Shown here: positions 37,461 to 49,248 of the stretch, one piece after another
Layout: each line of letters begins with the position of its first letter
Numbering within the stretch: the first letter of the stretch is position 1
Source of the DNA: Cyanophora paradoxa CCMP329
Lineage: Eukaryota; Plantae; Glaucophyta
DNA: 64,000 nucleotides
Assembly: GCA_004431415.1 (NCBI GenBank)
Contig: QPMI01000220.1
Location: 124,001-188,000 of the forward strand
Reading direction: 5' to 3'
Position numbers and translations under genes: made by a program
Notes under the pieces: generated by a model
The model's database searches: none
The model's input: the letters and a program-made list of their open reading frames with translations, nothing else
Told to the model about the DNA's origin: nothing

Positions 37461-38741
37461 ATCCCTGCGCGAGCGGCGTCCAGCGTGGCTGACGCCACGC
37501 TCAAAAAGACCCTCCGATTGAATATCAAAGAGCGGGCAAAGGCGGCTGGCCCGCGCACCGCGGATACGTGGTTGTGGCGAAGCGCGCGCGCGCAGGGCAT
37601 GGAGGCGGCATGCTGCAGCTCGTCGGCGATCCTGGCTCTGACTGCGCAAGACGCCAGCAGCCATTGAGTCCCATGCGTCGACGGCGAGGTGCCCCAGAGC
37701 ACGCGCGGTAACGGAGATCGCCCTGCGCAAATGAGCGCGGGCAGGCCGCGGTCGGCGCTCGGCGCAGGGGCGGCGCGGGCGTGTGCAGACCTCGGCGCCG
37801 GCTTTTCGGCTCGTGATGGAGCGCGCACGGGATCGCGTTGACATGCGGCGGCGGCGCGAGGGCGACGAACCGCCAGATGCGCCGCGCCGGATCGCCCGCG
37901 GTGAGCGAACCGAGCACGATGCAAAGTGAGCCACGGACCTATAGCAGTAGCTGTACATGTGCCGCGATGTGCGGCGTGTACTGCGGCGGCGAGCGGGGCC
38001 AGATGGAGGCGCCAGATATAGCGGCGGCGCCTGGGGAGTGCGACGCGCTCGAGCGTTTCGCACACCGGGCGATGTGTGGCTGGAGCTGGTGCCTCGTAAC
38101 GCTGTCCCCCCGGTTTTGGGCAGCCCCAAAACCGGCGCTGGCGCGGCGGCGGCAGCGCGGAGGACCCGAAGCGGTACACAGCGCAATCGTTGCGCTGTAC
38201 CGCGCATGCATAACGCGACCAGAGCGCTAGCAGCGCGGACTGCATGACGGAATCGCTGTCCCCCCCTCCGCAAGCGGGCGCGCGGGACCTTGGCGCGCGG
38301 GCGCGCAGCGGGGATCCGCTAGCAAAAAGGACCTATGCGCGCCGATTCCCTAGCACTCGTGTAGCTGTCTTGCCGATCCCGCGCCGCGAATCCCGCGCCC
38401 GCAGTGGTCGAAAACCGATGGTGACGGGGCTAGACGCCGCCTAATGTATCGTGTTCAGTAGCATGCAACCTCCATTACTGCTATCTGTCGCCTAGCCCGC
38501 TGCCCCCCTCGCTGCGCCATCACACAACACATAATTCCCAACCCAATTGCTGTATTAATTTTGGACCAGAATGCGCTCTAGTGTCCCTGATACACTGTCT
38601 CTCAGAGTCTAACGAGAATTCCGAAGTTCAACGCGTTGTTCCATGTTCAAGTCGACGAGATCGAGCATGCGGTGCCATCACTGCCATGCGCATGCCATGC
38701 ATACTATCATAGTATGATATGGTGCATTATAGCCTAGTAGT

Positions 38742-38856
38742 AGAGTCCAGAGTCCAGACTCCAGAGTCCAGACTCGGCCCGGCGGAGTCCAGACTCCAGA
38801 CTCCAGAGTCCAGACTCCAGACTCCAGACTCCGGATCCAGAGTCCAGACTCCAGAC
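38742..38856. repeat. 7-bp microsatellite (TCCAGAG/TCCAGAC)n
   Basis: About 13 units, interrupted by short GC segments. Confidence 0.85.
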
Positions 38857-38864
38857 GTACTGTA

Positions 38865-39123
38865 CCGTAAAACACTTAAGTAATGCGCCGGTAAGTAATG
38901 CGTTTTTGGACCCGGACCCCCAGTACGGTTAATTATGCGCCCCCGAATTAATGCGTTTTGAAGCCTCCTGGCTGCGTGAGGGGGGTACATACCGCAGTTT
39001 TCTAAGCGCCGGCTTAGCGCTTCGATATTAATGCGGTCCCGAAATAATGCGTTTTGCCAGCGGAAAACGCATTATTTCGGGACCGCATTACTTAAGTGCC
39101 CGCATTACTTAAGTGTTTTACGG
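38865..39123. mobile_element. Tc1/mariner(pogo)-type MITE, 259 bp
   Basis: Perfect 23-bp TIRs CCGTAAAACACTTAAGTAATGCG. TA duplication at 38863-38864 and 39124-39125. Internal TAATGCG motifs recur. Confidence 0.88.
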
Positions 39124-39541
39124 TACGTCGACTCCGATCCAGCCTGGCACTGGCTGGCAGATCTAGATACTATGATATACCGTATATAGCAGGATTAACT
39201 GAATCAGTACTAGCTATACCGGTACGGTGGACCAGTGGTGAGGCACGGCCGTGGGTAGCCTAGTAGCTCAGCTACTAGCGCTCTGAGCAGCAGACTGAGC
39301 TCTTTCTTCCACACCTACTACTAGGCTGCGAGTACCAATACGGAGGTATATCGGTACATTGACCATACAAGAGACGTTCCCCGGGTTCCCCTGCAGCCTG
39401 GAACTTCCCCCTGGCGGCCTGGGCCTGGCCGGGCGCCGCGCCGCCGCGGCCGCGGCCGGACCTATCCGAGCAAATGTTTTTTTCTCGGGAAGCGCTCTGA
39501 GCTCTTTCTTCCACACCTACTAGTAGCCTAGTAGGCTACTA

Positions 39542-40637
39542 CTGTAGGATGGCTTTTTTAGCCGTACTTTTAAATTGCCGTATATTGCCGAGACGCCAAA
39601 TTCGGCAATTTAGAGCCGCGGCAATTCTCAGGGGGTAGGGCTAAACGGCCGCTTTTGTATGGCGCCACAGAAGAAATCCAGAGTTTCGGCAATTTATCGC
39701 CACGGCAATTCCGGTTTTGGCCGAATTCGGCAATTTTTTTTTTTTTTGAGAGACTACGGTGGGGCGAACCCCCCGTAGGTAGTGATATTAAAGACAACAA
39801 AGCAATCACAAATCAAAGATACAGTAAACTAGCACAAAATATATACAGAATCAAGAGGGATCACGAGAAGGGACACGATCAGAAGAACGCAAAAGATAAG
39901 GAGAACGAGCACGAGGAGAAGGAGTAGAAGAGCTCAAGGGCGTCGATGCAGAAGTACTAGTCACACTAGAACGACGAGGAGCACGGGGACGCAGCAAATA
40001 AGGAGAACGAGCACGAGGAACTACAGTCGAAGACGAAGATCTAGACGAAGACGACAAGACAGAGCTAACAGCAGAACTAGAAGACGTAGTCGCAGGAGGC
40101 AAAGGCGGTAGAACAGTAGGAGAGGCGAAACGTAGGACACCACTAGAGGGGAAAGTCGAAGCTGGCGGAGTGTCTAAACGGAATCGAGATTGTAGAGTTG
40201 GTAAAACAATGGACGGCTGAAGACTAATCTGAGGAACTGGGGACGACACGAGGAAAGGGGCAGAGCTCGGGTGCAGACTCGGAATCGGCAGTATAAGAGG
40301 AGGGGCGAAACGCAAGCCAGTAGTGACAGGGAAGGCAGACGATGGGGTTGAACCAGGCGGGAGAGGCAAATATAGCGAAGTAGAAGAGAGAGAAGGGTAC
40401 ACACGAGGAACGTCACCATACACAAAATACTCGCTGCCAAAAACTATACGGTCTGACGGTCGCTGAAGATAAAGAGGCGGAACTGCCTGAGGGCTAACAG
40501 TGAGAGATGGAGGAGGAAGAGGCAGAGCTAACGACAAAGGGAACGGAATCAAAGGTACAGGGAAGGCATGGAATACACGAGGAACTGGAAGGTGGAGGGG
40601 GCAATTTAACTACACGGCAATTTAAGCCATCCTACAG
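39542..40637. mobile_element. Small TIR element (MITE, ~230 bp when empty) interrupted by retroelement copy 2
   Basis: 14-bp TIRs CTGTAGGATGGCTT / AAGCCATCCTACAG and many subterminal CGGCAATT motifs. TSD is unclear (TA on the left, CA on the right). Confidence 0.7.
39734..40599 (-). mobile_element. 5'-truncated non-LTR retrotransposon copy 2 (~870 bp)
   Basis: T14 at 39734-39747. Apparent TSD GGCAATTT at 39729-39736 and 40600-40607. Pro/Ser-rich ORF is open to 39851. Same 3' hairpin as copy 1. Confidence 0.85.
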
Positions 40638-42820
40638 CAGTACCTGATATATACTTATACGCAGTGCTGTCATCATCGCGATGCATTAGCTATAGTGTGA
40701 AATGCCCTGGTAAACGATTCTGATCGCGGGAAGACGTCATGATCGATCATGATGCATAATTGCAAGGGGGGAAAAGAAGACCGAAGGTCTTCCCCCCCTT
40801 GCTTCCCGTTCCCTCGCTTCAGCCAAAAGTTTTCTATGAGGCCGTTTTCGAGGTCCAGTATGCAACGAAATTGTATTCTATTCTTTTTCCGATTGGATCG
40901 GTGGACCGGTCAGCTCTCGACTTTCGAGCGTCGAATTCGAGGGGAAAAACCGGTTTTCGAGGGGAAAACTACCTTCTCTCTAACTCCGGTCTTCGAATTC
41001 CTTGCGCGGTTCTGCATGGAACCAGTTCTCCCTAGCTGTCTGAGTCGGTGCACGGGCCGGCCCGGCCGGGCCCGGCTGCGGGGATTTGCAATTGGCGGCG
41101 GGGAAAACCGGGGGAATCCCGGGGGCCGGGAGGCCCGGGACTCGGGAGGCCCGGGACCCGGATCCATGACGGGACGTCACGGGATCCCCGGACTCGTGAC
41201 GGGAGTCACGGCCCCGGTCATGATCATGATCAGGCTTACGGCAATTTTGAAGTTACCGAAGTTACCGAAGTTACCGTACGGTAGGGTTGGCAGCTTGAAA
41301 TTTCAAGCCATTGAAATTGCATTGAAATTGAAAATTCAATTCAATTTCAACGCCGCCCGTTGAAATTGCATTAGCCCTGCCAATTCGGGCGAAGCCTCTT
41401 CCGTTGGTCGATGGCCAACTCCCGAAATTATTGTCGGATTTGAACCGGCGTTGTTTTCACTGAACCTCCACGAACCTCCGTGCTGTCCTCCTGTCGAAGC
41501 TGGCGGAGTGTCTAAACGGAATCGAGATTGTAGAGTTGGTAAAACAATGGACGGCTGAAGACTAATCTGAGGAACTGGGGACGACACGAGGAAAGGGGCA
41601 GAGCTCGGGTGCAGACTCGGAATCGGCAGTATAAGAGGAGGGGCGAAACGCAAGCCAGTAGTGACAGGGAAGGCAGACGATGGGGTTGAACCAGGCGGGA
41701 GAGGCAAATATAGCGAAGTAGAAGAGAGAGAAGGGTACACACGAGGAACGTCACCATACACAAAATACTCGCTGCCAAAAACTATACGGTCTGACGGTCG
41801 CTGAAGATAAAGAGGCGGAACTGCCTGAGGGCTAACAGTGAGAGATGGAGGAGGAAGAGGCAGAGCTAACGACAAAGGGAACGGAATCAAAGGTACAGGG
41901 AAGGCATGGAATACACGAGGAACTGGAAGGTGGAGGGGGCAATTTAACTACACGGCAATTTAAGCCATCCTACAGCAGTACCTGATATATACTTATACGC
42001 AGTGCTGTCATCATCGCGATGCATTAGCTATAGTGTGAAATGCCCTGGTAAACGATTCTGATCGCGGGAAGACGTCATGATCGATCATGATGCATAATTG
42101 CAAGGGGGAAAAGAAGACCGAAGGTCTTCCCCCCTTGCTTCCCGTTCCCTCGCTTCAGCCAAAAGTTTTCTATGAGGCCGTTTTCGAGGTCCAGTATGCA
42201 ACGAAATTGTATTCTATTCTTTTTCCGATTGGATCGGTGGACCGGTCAGCTCTCGACTTTCGAGCGTCGAATTCGAGGGGAAAAACCGGTTTTCGAGGGA
42301 AAACTACCTTCTCTCTAACTCCGGTCTTCGAATTCCTTGCGCGGTTCTGCATGGAACCAGTTCTCCCTAGCTGTCTGAGTCGGTGCACGGGCCGGCCCGG
42401 CCGGGCCCGGCTGCGGGGATTTGCAATTGGCGGCGGGGAAAACCGGGGGAATCCCGGGGGCCGGGAGGCCCGGGACTCGGGAGGCCCGGGACCCGGATCC
42501 ATGACGGGACGTCACGGGATCCCCGGACTCGTGACGGGAGTCACGGCCCCGGTCATGATCATGATCAGGCTTACGGCAATTTTGAAGTTACCGAAGTTAC
42601 CGAAGTTACCGTACGGTAGGGTTGGCAGCTTGAAATTTCAAGCCATTGAAATTGCATTGAAATTGAAAATTCAATTCAATTTCAACGCCGCCCGTTGAAA
42701 TTGCATTAGCCCTGCCAATTCGGGCGAAGCCTCTTCCGTTGGTCGATGGCCAACTCCCGAAATTATTGTCGGATTTGAACCGGCGTTGTTTTCACTGAAC
42801 CTCCACGAACCTCCGTGCTG
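40155..42820 (+). repeat. Near-perfect 1.33-kb tandem duplication (40155-41485 and 41493-42820, 7-bp filler TCCTCCT)
   Basis: The differences I could see between the copies are homopolymer-length changes. The unit contains part of the retroelement, the MITE right end, a dispersed repeat and the hAT left end. Confidence 0.88.
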
Positions 42821-42909
42821 ACGTTACATGAATGTAACGTCCGTGTTACGTTATGGTCACGAATTAGTCACGTCCACATCACCGATCAAATTTTTCAAAT
42901 TTTCGATCC

Positions 42910-45105
42910 CTCTCCCCTGGGCGTCGCGCGAAAATCGAATTTCCCTCCAGGATCAATTCCGGTATTTATACCCCGCCTCGATCGCGAAACTCCAAAAAGT
43001 GGGACCCGGTCCCGCCCGGTCCCGCGACGAAAGCCCGCCACAGACGCCCCAGAGCAATGCAGAATGAGAGCGGAGGGCGCGCGCACTCCGGCAACCTCGA
43101 TTTTGGCCGCCGCCGACGCTCCAGTCCGAAGAGTCGGCCGAAATGTTGATCCTGCCGGTTCCCGCCGGTCCCCCGACGCGCGCATTCGATGCGTACTGGC
43201 GCGCATAGACATAGCAGGGCCTGCGCACTCCAGATATCCGCTTTTCGGAGCCGGAACAGTGCAGGAAGGTGCCCGATGTCAAAAATTCGATCCTGCACAG
43301 CCCCGGGCATCTTTCCGCGCGCCCAGGCCGCGGCGCATGCGCGGATCAATAGTATATGCATTTCAGATGTAGAAGAAGCCTTCCGCACGGTCTCTAAATG
43401 CGCCGGGCCGCGAGGACCCAGCCGTCCCCGAAAATTCGATCCTGGACGGACCTGCACATCTTTCCGCGCGCCCTCGCGTCCTCACCCACGCCCATCGCGC
43501 GCTACAGTATTCATTTGAGATCTAAACGAAGCCTTCCCCAAGCTCTGTGGCAGCGACAGAGCACGAGAACCCAGCCGACGCCAAAGTTTCGATGCTGGAC
43601 AGGCCTGCACATATTTCTGTGCGCCCTCGCCTCCCCAGCCCTGGACATCGATCCAGTATGCATCCGAGACTCTGTTTGAGCGATTCATAAGCCCTGTGCA
43701 TGCGCCCGGCCGCGAGAATCTCGCCTCTCCCCTCAGCAATCTCCTCTCAATTTCCTCAGAACCTCGAGCTCAACTACAGCTAGCTGATTGGCAGCACCAA
43801 TCCTCCCCTCATTATTCTCTCTCAGCTGCAACAATTCCTCCGATTACAGAATTATATTTTCTCAGGAAATCTCCTCTCATTACAACTCCCCCCATAATTG
43901 TATTCCCTCTCGGCAACCCCTCCTCCCCTCTCCCTCCCCCGCCGACCCAGCAACAGCCACAACGGGCCGCGATGAACAAGGGGGGCAGGAGGTGGGCCGC
44001 TGAGGCTTCGCCCGATGTTTGGGACCCGCAGGGGCCCAGGGCTTGTTCGGAAATCCGGGTCGGCGATCGAAATTCCTGTAACTTCCAGGTTACGTCCGTC
44101 CCGCCTGTACGCCCCGAACTCGTCCTGAATCAATTCACGCACTTACCTCGACAGTGACGTCACGCAACTTTCCATCGACTCTGTCTCATGGATCTAATCT
44201 CGAACTTGTACGCTGCAATCTCGAGAGCTGTCACGAATCAATTTCGATCCTGGCTCCCCTAAGACGACCGCTCTCCCGTGGGCGTCAGCCGAAAATCGAA
44301 TTTCTCTCGCGGATCGATTCCGATATTTATACCCCGGTTCGATCGGGAAACTCCAAAAAGTGGGACCCGGTCCCGCCCGGTCCCGCGACGAAAGCGTGCG
44401 AGGGACGTCCCAGACCGGCACAGAATGAGAGCCGAGGGCGCGCGCACCACCGCAAGCTCGATTCGGGTGCCCTCGACACTGCGTGCAAAGACTCGGCCGA
44501 AACTTTGCAATTGACCCAGCCGGTCCCAGCCAGTCCCGCGACGTGCGCAATCGATGCGTACTAGTGCGCATAGACATAGCAAGGCCTGCGCACTGCAGGG
44601 ATCCGCTTTTCGGAGCCGAAACAGCGCAGGAAGCCACCCGGCGGCGAAAATTCGATCCTGCACAGGCCCGGACATCTTTCCGCGCGCCCACGCCGCGGCG
44701 CATGCGCGGAACAATAGTATAAGCATTTGAGATGGAGGCAAACCCTTCCGCGCGCTTTGCAGATGCGCCGGGCCGCGAGAACCCAGCCGACCCCGAAAAT
44801 TCGATCCTGGACGGACCTGCACATCTTTCCGCGCGCCCTCGCATCCTCACGCATGCCCATCGTTACAGTATTCATTTGAAAGCTTTTCCAAGCGTTGCGC
44901 AAGCTCTCTGGGGGCGAAAGAGCAGAAGAACCCAGCCGACGCTAAATTTTCGATCCTGCACAGGCCTGCACATATTTCCGTGCGCCCTCGAGCTCGCCTC
45001 CGCAGCCCTCCACATTGATAGTATATGCATTCGAGGTACTGTGCAAGAGATTCGCAAGCTCTACGCATGCGCCTGGCCGCGGGAACCTCGCTCCTCCCCT
45101 CAATG
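42910..45105 (+). repeat. Two diverged ~830-bp direct repeats (42910-43735, 44272-45105), each containing ~150-bp sub-repeats
   Basis: Shared block GAAACTCCAAAAAGTGGGACCCGGTCCCGCCCGGTCCCGCGACGAAAGC. AAAATTCGATCCTG-like motif at ~43282, 43432, 43584 and ~44647, 44796, 44945. Confidence 0.8.
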
Positions 45106-45120
45106 ATGAGGAGCTCGATC

Positions 45121-45235
45121 GAGCTTGAGGTGAGATCTAGGGGGGAAATGTATATATATGTATATATATTTCCCTGTAGATCCCCCCTCTAGCTCGAACT
45201 ATTTGTTTTCCCCCTCTAGATCTCACCTCGAGCTC
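45121..45235. mobile_element. Miniature inverted-repeat element (~115 bp)
   Basis: GAGCTTGAGGTGAGATCTAGGGGGGAAA pairs with TTTCCCCCTCTAGATCTCACCTCGAGCTC around an AT-rich core. Confidence 0.55.
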
Positions 45236-46719
45236 AAGCTCCACCGACCAATATATGGCAGCGATGAATAAGAGGCGGCGGCCCGGGGGGGCTTCGAAAA
45301 AGCCCAACCTTTCGCACACGCAAGCTTATAATTAAGAACCCACGGCTCGGCGGTGTACATGTACATGTAGAGGCGTGGCGAGGAGCTGCCGCAGTGCGAC
45401 TGCCTGGAGCGGAAGCGCGGCACGCAGCCGCCGCCGGGCCGGGCGCCCTGGCTTGCTGGGCGGAGCTCAGCCTCGGAGCTCGGCGGCCTGGCGGCATGAC
45501 TTGGTGGATGGTGCGGAGGCGCCAGGGGCGGCGGCGCGGCTCGCCGGACGGAGCGGAGGCGCTCGGGGCAGCCGCCGGGCGCCATGGCTCGCCGGGTGGG
45601 GCGCAGCCTCGGAGCGCGGCGGCCTGGCGACGTGGCTCAACGGCTTGGCGGACGGAGCGGAGGCCCCAAGGGCGGCGGCGAGGCTCTCAGGGCGGAGGGT
45701 GGCAGCTCGCGGCCGGATGCTTGCAATTGGCGGGCGGGCCATGGCGGAGCAGAGGATCGGAACGCTCGGGCGGGGCGGACCCGCAGGCTAGGCATGGAGG
45801 CGGCGGATCCGGTCGACGCCTACCGAGCGCTGCCCACTTAGCCTCATTGACGCTAAGACAGACTCTCTGAGACAGGGAGGCTGAGATAGCAGGCATGCAT
45901 TGGCAGGGCTTACCACACGTGAGTGTGGGCTTGTTGAAATAGAATATAAAAATAATAAAATATATTGAATTTCTCCGTCTTCGCACCCTCGAGCTCAGCT
46001 TCCCCTTCCCAGCCCCTCCGGCCTTCCCGGGAGCCCTCCCAGCTCGTAAAGAGTCTCAGAGAGTGAGAGTGAAGTCGATTAGAGACAATTCAGAGTGAAA
46101 GAGACTCTCTGCAGTGCGTGGGGTCTCTGCAAGTGCTGCACTAGTACTGCGGATTGAAATTTCAATTGAATTTTCAAAGCTTTCAAAGGGTCGACTTTCA
46201 GTTTCAACGCCAAATTTTTGAATTTCATGAAATTCACCAACCCTACCGTACGGGAGTCAACGGCCCGGCGGGACCCGGGAAATCGCGATCGGGGTCCGGA
46301 TTCGGGCCCCCAATTTCGGGAATCGATTCCGACGATCCGCGGGCCGCGGCGGTCCCTGTCTCCTCTAGATTTCGGCTTCCTCGCAGTGCGTCGCGTACGC
46401 CTTGCTCTTCGTTGCGCGGTTCTGCATGGAACCACTTCTCTCCACCTGTCAACGTCTCCTCTAGATTTCCGCCTGCAAACTGCTTGCGTTGCTGCCTGCG
46501 CCGCTGCAGCTGATCGCAGCCGAGCACGCCCGGCCGGCCAGATCTAGACCGTACTCTCTTGCTGCGCTTATATCGAGCTTATATCGAGCTTATATTAATA
46601 TTGCAGAACCGCGTGTGCCGGCCGAGCACGCCGGCCGGGCCGGGCGCTCGGCGCTCTTGTTGCGATCGATATCGGCACCCGGACAGCAGACTAGCTAGTG
46701 TGCTGCGCACGACTCGGAC

Positions 46720-48344
46720 GTGGCCGCAGTGGCGCTTGTCCGCTCATTCGGCAACCCGCGTGCGCCCTGCGTTAACGTTGCGCCGCGTGCACGTGCGTGC
46801 GCCCCCGCCGCCTGTCACGTGCACCCGGCCTGGGCATTGCCTCCGGATCCGGACGCGCCGCTGCACGCCGCTTTCCGGTCGTTACGGATCCAGCTAACAG
46901 GCCAGCTGGCTGCACTGCAGCTTAAGCTTCAGCAGTGTTTGCAACAGCCGGCAGTTCCCTTATTCAGCAGTAGCTCAGCTGCAGGGGAAAGACCTTCCCT
47001 TGGCGAATTTCAGACGAGATGGGACGGACAGCTGCATTGGACCTTGTCCTCGGGCGAGATTTCCTGCCGTCGCACTGCACGCTCTCATCGTCGTGCACGG
47101 GCGGCATTTGTTTACATTGTCCGGACGGAGCCCGTGAACACATCTGCTGGCGCCAGAGCTTGTTTCGTCATGTCCGGCAACACGGTCGCAGCGCTCGAGT
47201 TCGTGCAGTTTCCATCGAGCCGCGCGCACGCTCGCAAAAACGCAGCAGCTAACGCACGTATTCACCGCCACGCAGGGGAGTTCGAAAACAGCAATGCGTG
47301 CCCAGCCTTCAGTTGGCGATCCGCGAAGCGCGCGTTTGTGTGTCCAAGTGAGCTGGTTTCGCGACTTTTTACAAACTTGAAATTTTTTCGCGTCATTCAG
47401 AGGTTTTTTCAGAATCCGGACCGGGTGTCATCTGCAGGCGAAGACCAGAAAAGTCTTCCCACAGGCTTTTCGTTGCCTGCTCCCCTGGCGGTATTTTGTC
47501 GTTGATTGGTATGCATCTCCCGGCCGCATAAAAAATATTGACGTGCACGCTCAGCTGGACCGTTTCAACTTTCAACTGCCGTACGCTGAGCCGGCCCGCG
47601 AAACCGGCAATCAGGTTCATGCTTTGCCGGCATCGCCGTCTGCAGTGCGTAATGAATCTCAAGAGACGTCGACGCAGGAAGCTTCTTCGAAGCGCGTCCG
47701 CTGCAATGGAAGATCAGCTAATTGTGTATTGTCTTTGAACGAAAATGATCTCAATCACGCTGAGCAAAGCTTTGACTTCCGCATTTCTGAATCGCGAACT
47801 CATGCTCCCGATTCCGGCGACACTGAATGCGTATCCCGCGAAATTGAGCTCCCCGACCGCCCTGGCTTCCCCCCCACGCGCGAGCAAGCCGTCGCCTTCG
47901 CTTTAGCGACCGTCGAAGCACTCGCGGCTGCGCGGCAGCATCGCTTCGTCGTTCGCTTTGTCGGGTGAGCGAAAATTCATTCAAGTGGACCGCCCATAGC
48001 TGACCTCTGTTCATGATTGCCACGGCAGGCCGGCGATCGAGGACCTCCACATATGCATGGGAGTCCTCAAGCGCCTCCATGACGCCGGCCTCGCGGATAT
48101 CGAAATTCAAGACCTTGTCTACCAGATGCGCGCCGGGAGCGGGCAGCGCGACAGCCGCGTGGCTCTGCGGGCGCTCGAGGCGGCGGGCCGCCTCACCATG
48201 CTCTCGCAAGACGGCCCTCTTCATGACCGGCGCCGCTGGCTGCCGCTCACCCCCATGGTCGACTTCCGCCCCGACCCCCTGCAGAAGGCCTGGATCGCCT
48301 ATGTTTACGGCGAGCCCTCTGCAGACAGCACCATCATCGTTTAG
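46720..48344 (+). CDS. Hypothetical spliced protein, 5' end uncertain (possibly truncated by the TE island)
   Basis: The last exon (~48030-48344) has host-like GC3 codon usage (GVLKRLHDAGLADIEIQDLVYQM..WIAYVYGEP). Upstream open frames have GT..AG borders. No recognisable domain and no clear ATG. Confidence 0.35.
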
Positions 48345-49248
48345 CCAGCTGTTCAGGGTTAGCGGTAGGCCGTGCGAACACAGTTGATGCGCAGAGTTTT
48401 TTCGCTCCAGAACAATCTTTCATATACAGTGCGCTCAATCTGGCCGTTCATTCAGGCTTTTCTTTATTCGGTTAGATCGCAGCGTCTGCTTATCAGCCCT
48501 TTTCTATTCTTTTCAATCTTTACCTTATCTGCTAATCTGCTAATCTGTCTCTATCTTTACTACTTCAACCTGCCGCGCGCGCTGAGCCGGGGTCGATCTA
48601 CATCTGCCCCGTGCATGTTCGTGCCACTACTACTCTTTCATTAGATCCCGGTTCCCCCCTTGCACCCCCGGCGCGCCAAACGCGGCCGGGCCCCTAGTTA
48701 ATAATTAACGCATCATGATGACTCAGTGACTCGACCGCCGTGTGCATCATAATGACAGCACTGCTTATACGGAGGAATTCGAACAACCGACACACTGACA
48801 CGTGACAACACTGACAAGTACCCTGATGGTAAGTATTAGTAACACATTCGCTTCTTTTGGTCACACTCTAGAATTCAATCTGAAGTATGGAGGAGCGTCG
48901 CGAGTCGCGACTCGCGACTCGCGATTCGCGAACTTCGGAAGCGGAGCGTCTAGATCTAGAGGCTCGAAAATACTATGATAGTCGAAATTCAGCCAGATTG
49001 AGCAGCAACGCCGACCCGCGTCGCGTCGTCCCCGGGCTGTCGGCCACAAAAAAAAGCCGAGCGAGGAGGCGCCGCTGGCGGAAAACGCCGAGCATTTCGC
49101 CGAGTCGGAGATCTCGAGAGTACTAGTATACGTAGCGGCCGCTCGGACCTCGCGACTCGAGTCGCGAGTCGCGAGCGAAGCGACGTCGACAACGAGCGAC
49201 CACAGCCCTCTTGTGCCCGCCCCGCGCTGTGGCGCCGGCTAGGACAGC

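Larger units (their letters stand above)
32574..38578. mobile_element. Foldback-type DNA transposon derivative with ~2.2-2.3-kb terminal inverted repeats and ~1.5-kb non-coding spacer
   Basis: Left arm 32574-34866 is the reverse complement of right arm 36369-38578. Termini are GAGCGCATTCTGGTCCAAAATTAATAC.. / ..GTATTAATTTTGGACCAGAATGCGCTC. TAG flanks both sides (32571-32573, 38579-38581). Confidence 0.85.
42617..46245. mobile_element. Non-autonomous hAT-like element, ~3.6 kb
   Basis: Termini TAGGGTTGG / CCAACCCTA with 8-bp TSD CCGTACGG (42609-42616, 46246-46253). Both ends carry clusters of TTGAAA/TTTCAA subterminal motifs. No transposase ORF is visible. Confidence 0.8.

Noticed and set aside
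38742-38856. 7-bp repeat as interstitial telomere
   Set aside because: The unit TCCAGAS does not resemble TnAGGG-type telomere repeats and abuts a MITE.
32574-46245. Fanzor/TnpB, transposase or reverse-transcriptase coding capacity in the mobile elements
   Set aside because: I found no RuvC, zinc-ribbon, DDE or RT motifs in any frame. The long ORFs (e.g. 36366-38273) are GC-rich repeat read-throughs, and their frames differ between the two arms.
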